A stretch of DNA of 63,174 nt, counting the filler, from Choristocarpus tenellus KU-1152 (lineage: Eukaryota > Protista > Phaeophyceae): the NCBI GenBank assembly GCA_964200185.2. It is 12 parts of 12 records of this genome, joined end to end, with 100 filler letters (N's around TTAATTAATTAA, not from the genome) between each part and the next. Parts side by side here need not be neighbours in the genome. Positions count along the whole stretch, not along the records: positions 1 to 2,677 come from CAXNAD020025725.1; positions 2,778 to 7,135 come from CAXNAD020014937.1; positions 7,236 to 13,027 come from CAXNAD020009741.1; 9 more parts are not named here. One strand, given 5' to 3'. Positions 1 to 13,027 of this stretch are shown in pieces. The stretch's first letter is position 1, and the number at the start of each line of letters is the position of its first letter. The notes under the pieces are model-generated. The model saw only the letters and a list, made by a program, of their open reading frames with translations. It searched no databases and was not told where the DNA came from. Both the position numbers and the translations under genes were made by a program.

Positions 1-377
1 ACAAACAAGATTTAACAAGGTAAGACTTGGCAACAAAATAGAATGGCATAGACCATTGACTAATTCTCTCCCGATATGAAGATAAGGAGAATCCCTACTA
101 GTATATGAAACACTTTGTAGTGCTCGACAGTTGTGTTACATCTGCAAATATACAGCTTGAAGCATGACTTTGATAAATGTAGGTTATACACTGGAGTACC
201 TAAGGCCTGAATTGGCTCCACCTTGTCAGGATTTCTTAGTCCCCAAGCAATAGCACAACAAACGAGTCTGATAGCAATACTAACATCCTCCAAGAACTCA
301 CAATACCAAATTGTGTAGTCCAGGGGGTGATGATACATCACAAAAATTACTACCAGGCCTAACCTCACATAGCATAC

Positions 378-1797
378 CTCTCATCATTCTCAGTGTCTGA
401 CTGGTAGTGGTAGTGCATATCATCCTCAGGCAGGAGGCCCGCACACAAAAATGCTATGGCTGCTGCTCCCGCAAAGAGCATCATGACACCGGTATACCCT
501 ACCCTTGTACCAGCAATGACACCTGAGGCAAGTGCAAAAACCGCTCCCCCTAGTGTTCCCCATACGCGTTGGACCGTGTACCTATCATGAGAAGTTTTTC
601 TCGGCTGAGTGAAATACAACAACAAACTTCGAGGTCAAGACGCGCAAGGACACTTATGATATGATCCTTTCCCTCAATTTGAAATATTGATTCACAACTA
701 CACATCACAACTATACATCACAACTGCACGAAAAAGAGCTGCTGCAAAGATCATTTGAATTGCCCTTGCCTAGAAGAACAGTGTGTGCTCTGCTTCCACC
801 ATTTATTTCACTTTCGTACCAAAATTGGTCCAAATAACCCTAGCACGGTCAGGTACGAGATATGATCCACCACTTCCTTATCACTTCTCCATCTTGACAT
901 AATTGTGAGCAAAACTCATTCCAGAGGAAACAGGAAAAGCTCAAAGTATCTGAGAAGAGTGTCGGCTGTCCATTTTGGATCATTCTTTTGATATCGCCTG
1001 GTTTGGGTGATTTGGTTCGATACATTGGATGGATAATGAAAGTGCACTTTTCCTGGTTTTGGTCCAAATGGAACCTCTGGTGTAGACTCCCCCCCCCCTC
1101 ACAGATACTTTGTCGTCAAAATTTGTCTATTGCTCTGGTCGACGAAAGACAAATTCTCCTCACCCTTTTCTGCCGTATGCTTTGATAACGCAAGCGTTAA
1201 CAAGGCTGAAGGTCGGACTGCTAGACACGCCTGAGGCAGTCTCGATCAAAGCCACAGCTAACAAGCTTCCTGCAAAAATCACCAACGTACAAAATATGCC
1301 CCAAAGCAAGAAGGACATACGGAGAAGCTGGAAGCAGAAATGTCACAGAAAAGAGGAAGGAGGCATTGTAAACGAGAGGAAAAATTAGATTAAGCGTTTG
1401 ATTTGTGAAGTTGATCGTGCTTTGGTAAGATTAAGCGACAGTGAGACAATTGGTCTAGCTTGTAGTCTACCACAATCAGATGCCCAAGCCCTGATATCTA
1501 CCATTGAGGATAGAATGCGAAGTGCGACAAGAACTGGATAAAGGAGGTCACCGAACTTTTCGTATCCTACATATTGGCACTAGCAAGGTGTAAACGCCTT
1601 TATCAGTATTCTTGGAGGTATTTTACGTGCCAATTTGATTCACAACACCTTACCATGATGGGGCATAATCGATACGACCCCATCCAACTCTCCTACCTTT
1701 TTGTGTATTCTGTAGCGGTCAGCGAGGGAGCACAATAATGGGCTGAGGACGAGCAAGGCGGTTGGGGAGATGGCCCCAATGAATCCCACTTGACGCT
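378..1797 (-). CDS. MFS transporter, MFSD6/MFS_1-like (internal exons, partial gene)
   Basis: Phase-compatible GT-AG exons 1797-1697 (ERQVGFIGAISPTALLVLSPLLCSLADRYRIHKK), 1327-1164 (LLRMSFLLWGIFCTLVIFAGSLLAVALIETASGVSSSPTFSLVNACVIKAYGRKG) and 581-~378 (YTVQRVWGTLGGAVFALASGVIAG...). The 'P..+.+AD++..HK' and 'Y..QR+WG' motifs are typical of MFSD6-like proteins. Confidence 0.75.
938..1117 (+). mobile_element. MITE family B copy (Sola2-like, non-autonomous) in an MFS intron
   Basis: Ends AGCTCAAAGTATCTG...CAGATACTTTGTCGTC. Internal GGATGGATAATG-AAGTGCACTTTTCCTGG and TGGTGTAGAC-polyC are shared with the other B copies. Confidence 0.85.
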
Positions 1798-2677
1798 CTG
1801 TGAAACGTTGGTCAAGAGCATATCGAAACAGAGAGGGTAAGCGAAAACGATCGTTCGTGTTGGATCACATACGTCTTTTCACATATGTATACTGTGTGGA
1901 GGTGCAAGACTTGTTTAGCCTCTTATTGGTATGCATCTTTAAGAGTTAACGTGAAGGGAGTGGGATGGTCGATACATAGTAGAGAAACACCATTACAAGG
2001 TTTGAGGACGGGATATACACAAATTGTGGCAATTTCATTCAAAATTTTGTATCACAATAAATCTCTTTTAACGCACCTGAGAGTCCTTTGCTGGTCCAAA
2101 CTAGAGGCAAAAAGGTTTGTGTGACCCCATGTGTGCCTTCAGAAAAAAAGAACAATATGCTTCCCTCCCAGGTAGCAATCGACATTTGGAGTCTCTCCTT
2201 GTTTAGGGAGGAATATGATTGTATGTGAGAGAGAGTGTGGTCTGAGGTAGTTAAGTGGGACAAAATTGTTACTAATCTGAAATTGTTAATACTAAGAATG
2301 ATAATTCTGTAAGTAATAGAGATCTTGAATTATTGGATTAAATAAACATAAATAAGAAAATTTGAAATGACCGAAGAGGCGGAAATATTTTTGGAATCTG
2401 GATAGAAAGGCTATATATATAGAGGGTGAAATATATTTATCTAAACAAAACTGTTTCTTCCTCATCAATTCTATTGAAATATGGAGAAGGTATCTCTGAT
2501 ATAGATATATCTTACACAAAATACCGAGATGAGGTCAATCCACAATATGTGGTCCACTTCATAACAACACTCACAGTTCTTACGTTTAGGACATTATATA
2601 TACACTTACAATTGTGAATCGTGTGATTCTGTGGCGGCGTGGTTCACTCAGGCAAGGGAGGTGAAGAGAATCATCGG

Positions 2678-2777
2678 NNNNNNNNNNNNNNNNNNNNNNN
2701 NNNNNNNNNNNNNNNNNNNNNTTAATTAATTAANNNNNNNNNNNNNNNNNNNNNNNNNNNNNNNNNNNNNNNNNNNN
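2678..2777. other. Artificial contig-joining linker (first of 11)
   Basis: N44-TTAATTAATTAA-N44 (stops in all six frames). The same linker is at 7136-7235, 13028-13127, 19537-19636, 27237-27336, 30511-30610, 36356-36455, 41289-41388, 48406-48505, 55798-55897 and 59868-59967. Sequence across a linker is not physically adjacent. Confidence 0.97.
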
Positions 2778-2820
<43 letters not shown>

Positions 2821-3300
2821 ACAAGAATCTGCCTATGGACCTAGAGCAGTCGTCACAACACTTGTCCCTGAAGGGGGCACGCCCATCGATTGGAGACCCC
2901 AAAATTCTTGCTTACGGAATGTGAGAAGCAATTGGTGTACCTGCCACTAGGGGAGCAGAACATTAGCAGGAGCAGTAACTAAGCCTCCACCAGAAAGGAA
3001 GGAAGAGCTAACCGTGGGGAGCCTGGGAGCACTCTAGCCGCTGGGACCATAAACTCATGGAAGAGAACACAGAAGGTCAGTGGAAGAGGCGGCCAAGGTA
3101 CAACTGGTCAACGTACGGACCACATTACAACAAGATCCCCTACCAGAGATGAGATCAGGACCAACAGAAGATGTTTGAACTGTGGACTGATCAAGCATAT
3201 TGTTCCTTGTTCTTTTGAAGGAATATGCTACAACTGTGGAGGTAAAGGAAACCTTCAGACCGTTAATCGCCAGAGGAGAGCAACACCATCTTAACAGGCG
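2778..3300 (+). pseudogene. Decayed retroelement gag-like ORF with (CTGAGC)n and two degenerate CCHC zinc knuckles
   Basis: (CTGAGC)x7 at 2778-2820 encodes PEPEPE. About 3165-3265 translates to RCLNCGLIKHIVPC..ICYNCGGKGNLQTV. Stops and frameshifts are present. Confidence 0.55.
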
Positions 3301-4424
3301 GAGGAATTAGCTGGACCAGGGTTGGAGCCAGAAAAGAAAACCAGAGGAAGCTTGTCAGCAAAGGGTTGCCTGCCCAAGACTTGTAAGTCTGGGAAGTAAA
3401 TAATATCTACTCCAGACCATCAAGAACCATCTTCCATATCAGAGGCACCCTGGCGAGGAAGGTTGTTAGTAAAGGACTTCACTCAACAAGAGGATGTACA
3501 AGACATTCAATTATGATAGGCTTCAAGTCTGGGGGAGTGAGTGCTACGCCCAACAAGAGAAACAGCAAAAGGGGGCTGGTTCAAATTTTTAACTATAAAC
3601 TAAGCGAGGGGTCATCATGGGACACGATTGTACATCACTGTGTTGACTAGATGAATGACGTATGTTTGAGTTCAAGGAATCAGTGTTCTTTTATTGCGTT
3701 GACAAGATAAATGTGATGTGTGTGAGAATTGAACCAATCTGACGTCCTATAATTCCATTTTTTCATGGGGAAGTGTGCAGAATGGGAGTGTGCACGATAA
3801 GATGTTTTATGTCAGAGATTTCCAGCAACTCTTTCATCGCCTGCACTCTCATGGGGGAGTGTGCAAAATAGGACAATAGTGAGGTGTACCTTATTTTGTG
3901 TATGAGAGATAGTAATTTTGATTAAGTCCATGTGATGTAACTAATGCGAAGGTACATCAGAATTATGAATGGAATATGCATAGGTTTTGTTGATTTGAAT
4001 TCAACTACTTTGATTTAATTGTCGACTTCTGTGGGAAGCACAACTAATAATAAAACAAGCAATGAGAAGAGACCCCACAAAGGTCACTCTTCTAATTTCA
4101 ACCTTGTAATCACGTTCAGCAAAGGGGGTTGTGTGAGGCTTCACACCTTCTTATCTTCACTACTAACAAATAGCATTACCTCCCAAGGTAATTTGCACAG
4201 CTTCTTCTACTTGGCGACGATAGCAATATTTGATAAACAATTTAATAATATGGGAAAATAACACTTCTTCTCATTCAATCAACCATCCATAATGACAATA
4301 AAACGCTGCCCCCAAAAATACTACTTCGAAGTACTATTTTTTTCTACCACCTCCACCATCGACAATCAAACAACTCCACCGACTGCACTAATTATTCAAG
4401 CAAGCAGTCCAACGCAGGGCATAC

Positions 4425-4760
4425 ATGTGCACGACGATCAAACGAAATCATTTCCGCCCTCCACACACTGTCCTAGTACCACCTTCGGCATGGATTCCCA
4501 TTCGTAGCGGGGCCCTCGATTCTGGGTTAGCTGTTAGCCTGAACCTCCTCATTGCCTCCACACCCTTCATTGAAGAGGACTCCACCGACCCCCAATCCTT
4601 GTTTAGTCACATGAGGATGTGGACCCTTCTTGTGGGGGTCCCTCACTCACACTTATGTCAAAGTCTTGAAGCACATCATTGGATGGGGGTCCATACACTG
4701 CACACAGGAGAAGATATGGAGGGATCCAATCATCGGGCATTTTTTTTGGAGGGGGGGAAT
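4425..4760 (+). mobile_element. Possible decayed non-LTR (CRE-like) C-terminal fragment
   Basis: Frameshifted HMRM..LVG...THTYVKVLKHIIGWGSIHCTQE loosely resembles the zinc-knuckle/RLE entry region. Weak. Confidence 0.3.
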
Positions 4761-5719
4761 AGGGGAACCTGGGGCTCATATCTACCCCCCTGATATAGGA
4801 GAGGGTAGTTGCTGACTGGGCCATTCTGGTGTGGCGCTGGCAGGACTGGAAGTGGGACCTTCTAAATCAGACCCCACCACTTTAGCTTCAGTTGAAGCTG
4901 GAGATTCGCCTTTGTCCTCCCCTCCTCCAACAAGGTCGATGGTACTCCCAGTAATCCTTGAATTCTCCTGTTCCTCCCACAACAAGTCACACAGCTTCTG
5001 CAGGCAGTCCGTCTCCTGCTTCCCAGATCGTAACTTACCCCCGAGAACAAGACTGGGAAGCAAGAAAAGTGTTGAACGTACGTATGTTAAGATACTCCCC
5101 ATAGAGCGTTGTGATGATGGATTTCAGGTGTGCAACCTACGAAAGTGAAATGAAATACAGGAGCTCACGTCCGCCAGAGGGGGATGTACACGTTGGTGAC
5201 AATCTTCTGCGTCTTAGTCCACCTGGACCATATCGAACTGTTCAAACTTAGGAATGTCTCCAGAACGGTCTTCTTCCCGGTTCCCAAGGTAGTCTGCACC
5301 CTTCCTTCATAAGAGTTGGGGGGGTCAAGTCTGGGGCTTCCTCTCCTAACCACCTCAACAAGAATCCAGAGACTGCCACTTCCATGTGTGCTAGTGTTGC
5401 CAAGGCATGCCTTGAATTCCGTGAAACTGTGCTTCCCATTCCTTAATGAACTTCGCTGTATAGGCGATTGGAACAACTTGATACGACTCCAAATGAGCAG
5501 CCGTAATCTTTGAACCGCACGTGTTCTCCACTCTACTCATTACCCAAGACACCACAGCATTCAGCTCGAAGTCTATGCCCGTGACCGCATCCCCAGAAGC
5601 CCATGATTCAATGTTCCAAGAATCTTGTATTGGTATTGGCTTTCCAGGGTTGGTCGTTATGATGGAGAGGTGTGATGGTGATATTGGGAGGTTTTGTACA
5701 ATACAAGGCGTCTACATGA

Positions 5720-5960
5720 TCAAAATAAAATCTGTCTTATAACCCGCTTCAGTCACATTTTTCCAGGTCTCTTTTTCCCGTTTAGTTCTTAAGCAAAAAG
5801 AAAAACGTGTGTATAGGAGATGAACTCAGGAATCTATCTGGAACAGAAATCAGATTGTTTGACTCGTAGTATCCTAGAGGGTGGGTCAGGCATCCATTAA
5901 GGGCCTGTGTTAACCTGTAGTGATTTTCGTGTAATAGAGTAAACTTGTCTGATGAAAGGG
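5720..5960 (-). mobile_element. Possible decayed Penelope-like RT thumb fragment
   Basis: YYTK.T / LNGCLTHPLGYYESNNLISVPDRFLS / AGYKTDFI across frameshifts resembles the PLE motif 'L...S.HP.....+.+..R...+S...NGY...+I'. Confidence 0.35.
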
Positions 5961-7235
5961 CAATTTCCTTCACCTGAACAATGCACGCTACTTTTCTATC
6001 CCCCTGCCAGAACCACATCCAAAGGAAACTAACTCAAAAAACGGCCATCAAACATGGTGTCTTACAACACCCCACCAAGCCCTGAATAATACTCTGACCT
6101 AAACACACACCCCTTCCACAATACCATGGCACTTCGTTTTGTGTTCAGAGTGCCCACAATAAAGATAGATCTGCTCTGCTAAAAGTCTGTAGCAACACAT
6201 GCACTGTTTGCAATAATAAGAATGCTCTCTCACAGTACCGAGTAGAGTAAAGGCAGCACTGATTTTGATCTAAATCAAATTATTTGTTTGTACAATGCAC
6301 AACAAAGAGAGATTATACACTGGAGGGTGCATGCTCTTGCTAGTCTAACCATCGACATCTTAAGCAAGGACATAATTTATCAAAATATGTTACTGATTAT
6401 ACTAAAGTTGTACGGACTGTGTAGGGTTGCAGGACTTCAGACACTAAAACTTGAATAGGTTGCATGGACAAAAATGGTGACATTCTATGGTACACCCTTA
6501 AAACTCCGATCCTGAAAGATTCAAATCCTGCACTTCTAAGCACTTCAAGTATGATAAATACTCACCAGTCAATTGTGCTGACATTCCAATGTTCAGCTTT
6601 CCCCATAAAAGAATCTCAACACCAAGGGCATAAAGTAAAAAAAAATGTGACATGGTCACAAATCACCCTTCTAGAAATGCTACACAAATGCACAGAGTTC
6701 AGTTATCATTTCCCTAACTGTAAAACTAGCAAACCTCATACATCACTTACTAGAGAAGGGGCAAAGTGTCACTGCATGATGGTATATTCTAATTGCCGAG
6801 CTCCCTAAGCACTTTCACCCCTCAATACCCTAACATATTCATCATAAGACGGAGGTGCACCAGGTTTACCCTCTGCCTCCTCCTGCCGTGGGCACAGGTA
6901 TAAAAAGCCGGAGCCAGAGAAGGAGGGGACAAAATGACAGGGAGTGGTCAAGGCTTCAGTACTAGTTGGACTACTCAGTATTGGAGGGGATTAGTTAGTC
7001 ATCCTCGAGGAGAACTACGACTTTCCTATTATATAACATAACGTCTGTTTGTCAAGCATTAGAAGGAGTGGATGTTGAAACCTGAATCGAATGCATCGTA
7101 TATGTATGTAAAATGCGTAGACTACTAGCGATGAGNNNNNNNNNNNNNNNNNNNNNNNNNNNNNNNNNNNNNNNNNNNNTTAATTAATTAANNNNNNNNN
7201 NNNNNNNNNNNNNNNNNNNNNNNNNNNNNNNNNNN

Positions 7236-7307
7236 TGCACTTTTCGTGATTTTGGGTCAAATGGTCAACGTGGTGTAGACCCCCCCCCCCCCAAGATACA
7301 TTGGGTC
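7236..7307 (+). mobile_element. MITE family B right end (contig starts inside it)
   Basis: TGCACTTTTC...TGGTGTAGAC-polyC-AAGATACATTGGGTC. Confidence 0.8.
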
Positions 7308-7329
7308 AACAACCAGCGAAAAACCTGTA

Positions 7330-7594
7330 GAGTAATTAGTAACTTAGAGGGTACGAGGTTTGCCCTGTTTGTCCATTTGGGATCTGGCTTTCCATGGGTT
7401 TTTTTATGACATTTTCGTTTCGGAGTAGATAAAATGTATACGATATGAAAAGGTGTGTCCAGAACAAGGATACTGACACTTCCTAACAATCACGATAGCC
7501 AAAATTACATCAAAATCTTAACATTGGATTTTGGCCCCAAATGGACGCGGCCCCACCCTCTAAGATGCTTTTGCTCGTACCCTCTAAGATACTT
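7330..7594 (+). mobile_element. MITE family A copy followed by a second A terminus
   Basis: GAGTAATTAGTAACTTAGAGGGTACGAG...CCCTCTAAGATGCTTTTGCTC (ends 7576), then an extra GTACCCTCTAAGATACTT. Confidence 0.85.
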
Positions 7595-7700
7595 AGGCAA
7601 CATTGACTTCGGGGCTTACATTGTCAGTGGCTGGGGTAGCAGAATACGGTTTATGAACAGTTTCGATCAAATACAATATAGATTCGATGGTCGTGATTTT

Positions 7701-8803
7701 GATGATACCACTATTGACAGCTATTGTGTACACGATGGAAAAGGTAATGAATACAGGGCATTGAATTTGAAAATGTTGGTGACACCACCATCTGGAGCTG
7801 GTGAGTACACAGTTATAAAGGTAACAAATACAGGGCATTGAATTAGGAAATGTTGGTATTACCACTGCTGACAGCTGGTGTGTACACAGTTGTAAAGGTA
7901 GTAAATATAGGGCATCGAATTTGAAAACGTTGGTATTACTACTGCTGACAGCTGGTGTGTACACAGTTGTAAAGGTAATAAATGCAGGGCATCGAATTTG
8001 AAAACGTCGGTGACACCACCATTGACAGCTGGTGTACACTAACCCAAATGTAATAAATACAGGGCATCGAATCTGGAAATGTTGGTGAAACCACCATTGA
8101 CAGCCGGTGTGCACACAGTTGTAAAGGTAATAATACAGGGCATCGAATTTGAAAATGTTGGTATTACCACTGCTGACAGCTGGTGTGTACACGATTGTAA
8201 AGGTAGTAAATACAGGGCATCGAATCTGAAAAAGTTGGTGTTACCATCATTGACAGCGGGTGTGTACACAGTTGTAAAGGTAATAAATACAGGGTATCTA
8301 ATCTGAAAATGTGTCGGTATCACCACTGCTGACAGCTGGTGTGTACACGATTGTAAAGGTAATAAATACAGGGCATCGAATTTGAAAATGTTGGTGACAC
8401 CACCATTGACAGCTGGTGTGTGTACAAGATTGTAAAGGTAATAAATACAGGGCATCTAATCTGAAAATGTTGGTGTTACCACCATTGACAGCCGGTGTGT
8501 ACACAGTTGTAAAGGTAATAAATACAGGGCATGGAATGTGAAAACGTTGGTGACACTAACATTCATAGCTGGTGTGTGCACGGTTGTAAAGGTAATAGAT
8601 AGAGGGCATCGAATCTGAAAATGTTGGTGACACCACCATTTGACAGCTGATATGTACACGGTTGTAAAGGTAATAAATACGGGGCATCGAATCTGAAAAC
8701 GTTGGTGACACCACCATTGACAGCTGTTATGTACACGGTTGTAAAGGTAATAAATACGGGGTATTGAGTTTGAAAATGTTGGTGACACCACCATTGACAG
8801 CTG
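7701..8803. repeat. Minisatellite, about 77-bp unit, about 14 copies
   Basis: Unit ACAGCTGGTGTGTACACAGTTGTAAAGGTAATAAATACAGGGCATCGAATTTGAAAATGTTGGTGACACCACCATTG (e.g. 7871 to 7948). Head-to-tail with no unique spacers. Confidence 0.95.
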
Positions 8804-9404
8804 CTTGGTACAAGCTCCCAATACAAATGAACACGTAAGCGTGTGTTGAGCCGTGTGGTTGTGTTCATGACTGAGAAAAACTCAATGAGGGTTAGATACG
8901 TTGGAAACTCTTCAACACCGCACACGTCGCCAGTCTTGGCCTAACGTGAGCATTTGCTCGTTGGGTTTCAAAACGCTATGGAGATGGAGGCCTCTTAGTA
9001 TACACGAAACAAAAATTCGCCAGTGTCGACAGAGCCGTGGACTATAACGCGGAATAGACAGACCGGCGTGCATAGGGTTTACGCCGATTTTGACGCGAAA
9101 TTGCTTTCACTCAGTATCCTATCTGGAGCTTCTGACAAAATATTTACACAGGTGGCAACATAGCAGTGGTGGACCAAATTGGTATGGTCGTAGTCCTGAA
9201 GACATAATGTGTTGAGGTCTCAATCGCTACCGCTTTGCACTGTATTGAAATGCGAGGGAATGTAATTAGGACCCTGTCTGTGTCGTGTCTGTTTGTACTG
9301 CCTATCTCGTGTGAACCGATGTAGCATGGTGAACAGCAACACCATCTAGTCCTAACCCGGATTTGGGCTATACATTAAGAAAGCAATAACGAGATCATTC
9401 CTAA

Positions 9405-9860
9405 TTGGAGGGGCATGTTCGTGTTTTCACAAAAGCCGAAATACAAGACATGTTGGAACTCAGTATCGAGAGGAACCCGTACATAAGAATTGGCGGGATA
9501 CGTTACATATGGCGAACGGCCAGCAGACGAGGAAGGCTCGACCCCGGATGGGCGTGTTCGGTACAGCACACTATGCGACACAATGTTTGGGTTAGGGGTC
9601 GTGACTAGGGGGTCATACAACCGCTTGGGTACACCATCATGTCAGCCACATGCTAATACATGCTACGTGAATGGATGAAAGCCGCAACATCCGCCAAAGG
9701 CGCTAATCATGATGGTGTGTTTGCGATATTGGTCATTCAGAAACGCTCCAATGTAGGCTGCACAAAGGGTGAACATGTCTTGTATGGGGACTCACCTTCT
9801 GGTTCCCTTTGGAGGCATGGCAGCGTTCGGTGGTTGGACTAAGCCTCTCAGTTGATCACG
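9405..9860 (+). mobile_element. Decayed Penelope-like reverse transcriptase fragment
   Basis: Motifs in the expected order across frameshifts: IQDMLELSIERNPYIRIGGIRY (like L.+.+..NYF.F.G..Y), QT....RMG (like Q..G.PMG), CYVNG (like RYVDD), VRWLD (like V.FLD). Confidence 0.5.
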
Positions 9861-12129
9861 GGATGTCTGCATCGGGTGGGCACATTGGAAATGGGGCAGG
9901 AGAAACAAACAGAAGGAGAGAGAGAAAATGTTTTGCGCATCGAGTCAGGCCCAGAGAGGATGACATGTCACGGTCGGTTCACATCATCCTCGAGCTGTAC
10001 GCACCTGATCACCTTGCATGAAGAGGAAGTCCTGTCGTCTTTTTACCTTCCAACACGCCCGGTGTTTAGCGTAACGTACAGCGCACAAGGATAGCCACAG
10101 ATGAGCCTGATTCTCATGGAAGGGATACGCACGTATTTTCTCTTTACCAAGAAAGTATATACTTTTAAACCTATATTTCTTCGGTTATATAACAATTTCA
10201 CAATAATCAATAAAAGAACAACCACCTTTACCGAATGTTGTACCCCTACTAAATAGTAGTATATATATTTTATATTATTATGCCCTCTGACATTTTGCAG
10301 ATGTTTCAGGGGGAAAACCGATGAAAACTATATATATGTCGTTATTAGCCCTAAAGAAATAAAATATCCTAAGCGTGAGAACACTATAAAACACTGGAAG
10401 TGTGGAAACCACTAATCTATCAGTTACTTCACCACTATCAAACATTGTACTACTGTCTTCCTGTGTTTCCCATCTACCTACTCCTGTGCCCCGGGGAGGG
10501 GAGCTAGGGAGGCATCTCAAGAATTCAACAGACCATACATATTGTGGTTATGAACAGGCTAGTTGGGGAGTTCCTTTTCCTCGGGAATCAAAAGGACATT
10601 TAATAAGGGGAATTTTGCTCTCTTCACAGATGTATTGAAATTGCTATGTATGTCTACGACTGCATTGAACTAGAACAAATAGAGACATAAAAATGTGTAT
10701 TCTGCATCTTTTTTTTTTCATATATATTTGCAGTTTTGTTGAATTATATTATAGTGCAAAACAAAAAAGCTTTCGTCAAACCACCCACATATGTGACAAA
10801 CCCCACACTCCCTCACTCTCTCGACAAGAAACCAACGGGCCGGGACAATATAGAGGAATCGTTGTCACAGTTCTTCGAGAGGACCACACCCATCACACCG
10901 CAGATGTACAATGACGACTGGTCAGCCACTAGGGGAGCTGGCTAACAACGGGAATGAACTCGTGGACTCCGGAGGATTAGACCCCAGGACATCCCAAAGG
11001 CAAGGCCAGGCCTCCGTCGCAGCTAGACGCACTCCAATGTAGCCTGTGCGTTCTGTAAGTACCTGAAAGAAGGATTAGCGCTTGAAGACTAGGCATAGCT
11101 CTAAGCATATGGTCACCATATCCTTCGGAAATCATACATATGCATCGAAATCAGAGAGACGTGGTGTTCACCAGTTCCACCGTAGCTCCGAACCGGTGAC
11201 ACACACGTCCTCCCATCAAGAGCAGAACGAAACCTAACGAAGTTCGTGTCCTCCGATATGCGCGTTCCGATATGTATCGGAAGTAAATGATGTTCCGTCC
11301 AGCTTCTGTTTCCGATCCCAACCGTAGCACCTGTCCCAACTCTAACCCTGTGCCCTAACCCTCACACCGTCCCTCACCCTTACACAATAATGAAATTATG
11401 CCAAGTCATGTTTCGCTCTTCCTTCATCTGCTCGCCTCATGTCATTTTTGCCATACTTTACCGTATGACAAAGTATGGCAAAAGTTGCAGCGGTCCACAT
11501 ACCAACTTGTTTCAAGCCACACGCCTCCAATCCATCGTCTTCGACTTCCCACAAAACTCAATCGCAATCTCATATCCCTTGTAGAGAAAGAGGCACATAC
11601 AATGGTATGTGCATCTGGGGATATGTATTGACCGATACTACATGAAATGTTCAGTATCTCTTCCACCACAAAACCCATCCAGAACACCCTAATTGTAGTA
11701 CATACATACGCCAATATTATCTGGGGCGACACCTACCAAGCATTTGTCAACTGTTTCACAAAAAAATCTGATCAAAACACACACTCTATTGTTTGATAAA
11801 CTACCTCATTTCACTTCGTCCTACATGCTTCATGGTATGTATTCATAGCATTTTTGATGTGGCTTGCGAGTGACCGCATACGTGATGCACACCTTTCAGG
11901 ATATTCTAATCGGGGAGGTTTCGATTCTCGATGTATCCAACACACCCTTCTCTTCGCTTTCAATGTGGGGTGTCATCCAACATGGCTGTACGCCGTGGAA
12001 CACTTCGTGACCAAAAATTGTGCAAGCCCCTTCGCCCGAACAAAGTGGCAGTATTATCTATGTTTGCATTATCAAGATCGATCACTAATGTCAAAGGGAA
12101 ACAAACCCACCAACTCATATCGTAACTTC

Positions 12130-12221
12130 GTTTGAATCCCACTCACCAAAAATCGCGACATGAAAAAATTGACCCCAAATGGACAACCACCCCCTCCCCC
12201 ACCCCCCAGATACATTGAGTC
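12130..12221 (-). mobile_element. MITE family B partial copy
   Basis: AAAATCGCGACATGAAAAAATTGACCCCAAATGGACA...CCAGATACATTGAGTC. Confidence 0.8.
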
Positions 12222-12951
12222 TAAGACGCTCCTACACAGGCCTGGTTCTGGACAAGTCCTACTCTGCCACCATACTGAAGACAGGCAAGGCTTTGAGGAG
12301 CAACATAGAGGCCAATTTCTGTGCGTGAGTTACCCTCTACTTTGCCAGTCCGACACATGCCTCGACAGACATGTTATGATGGAGAGATCGGACGTTCTCT
12401 AAATCAACGGAATTATGCATTTGGTATATTGAATTTATTATCTTCCCGAAGAGTTTGTGCTTATGTGTCCTCATACGCATGTTTTATTGGCCCGGTGGCA
12501 ACCTAGATTCCATCTCCATTAGTGCGTTCTGCCACCATCATCTAATACTTTTACTGCCATACACCAATCCTTTTTCCACCCCTCTTCGCATTGATCGGAC
12601 CACAGAGCAATTGGCAGAAACCCTACCAGAAATACGTATTACACCAATCCTTTTTCCACCCCTCTTCGCATTGATCGGACCACAGAGCAATTGGCAGAAA
12701 CCCTACCAGAAATACGTAGACGCACAAGCATCTCGTACTCCACACCACCATCTTCAGCACAAGTCGAGATTTTCACAACAGATTACCTCTCTTCCACACC
12801 CAAATCAAGCGGCAGCAACCACGCTGGCTAAAACTTTGAACTCAACGGCAAGTTCCCTGAGCTATAATAACATTGCCTACACCCACTCAAGCGCCAAGCG
12901 TAGGTCCTAAATGCATTTTAGTCCACAATACATCATAAGAGGACGATGGCT
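12222..12951 (+). repeat. Diverged copy of 48691-49610 (reverse complement), with an internal 79-bp tandem duplication
   Basis: Collinear match from AAGACGCTCCT-ACAC to GAGGACGATGGCT. 12561-12717 repeats ACACCAATCCTTTTTCCACC...AGAAATACGTA. This copy lacks the family A insertion found at 49036. Confidence 0.9.
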
Positions 12952-13027
12952 AGGTCAAAGTATCTGGGGGGGGGGTGGTTTGTGAGGGGGAGTCCGTTTC
13001 GGTCCGGAAGAATTGCTCAAAATCGTA
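12952..13027 (+). mobile_element. MITE family C left arm (cut by contig end)
   Basis: AGGTCAAAGTATCTGGGGG...GTTTGTGAGGGGGAGTCCGTTTCGGTCCGGAAG. Confidence 0.8.

Noticed and set aside
2722-2733. Recurrent TTAATTAATTAA palindrome as a biological site
   Set aside because: It is always centred in N runs of identical length, so it is an assembly linker.
7701-8803. CRISPR array, or a repeat protein from the overlapping ORFs
   Set aside because: Units are head-to-tail without unique spacers and there are no cas genes. The unit length of 77 is not a multiple of 3, so the ORFs simply cycle through frames.
8860-8960. GIY-YIG nuclease hint (YVGNS...REH)
   Set aside because: Too short and interrupted by a stop.
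11447-11484. 14-bp hairpin TTTTGCCATACTTT...AAAGTATGGCAAAA as a terminator or element end
   Set aside because: Single occurrence with no supporting context.
11858-11932. tRNA gene (A-box-like GTGGCTTGCGAGTG, B-box-like GGTTTCGATTC)
   Set aside because: No cloverleaf can be drawn; at most a decayed SINE head.
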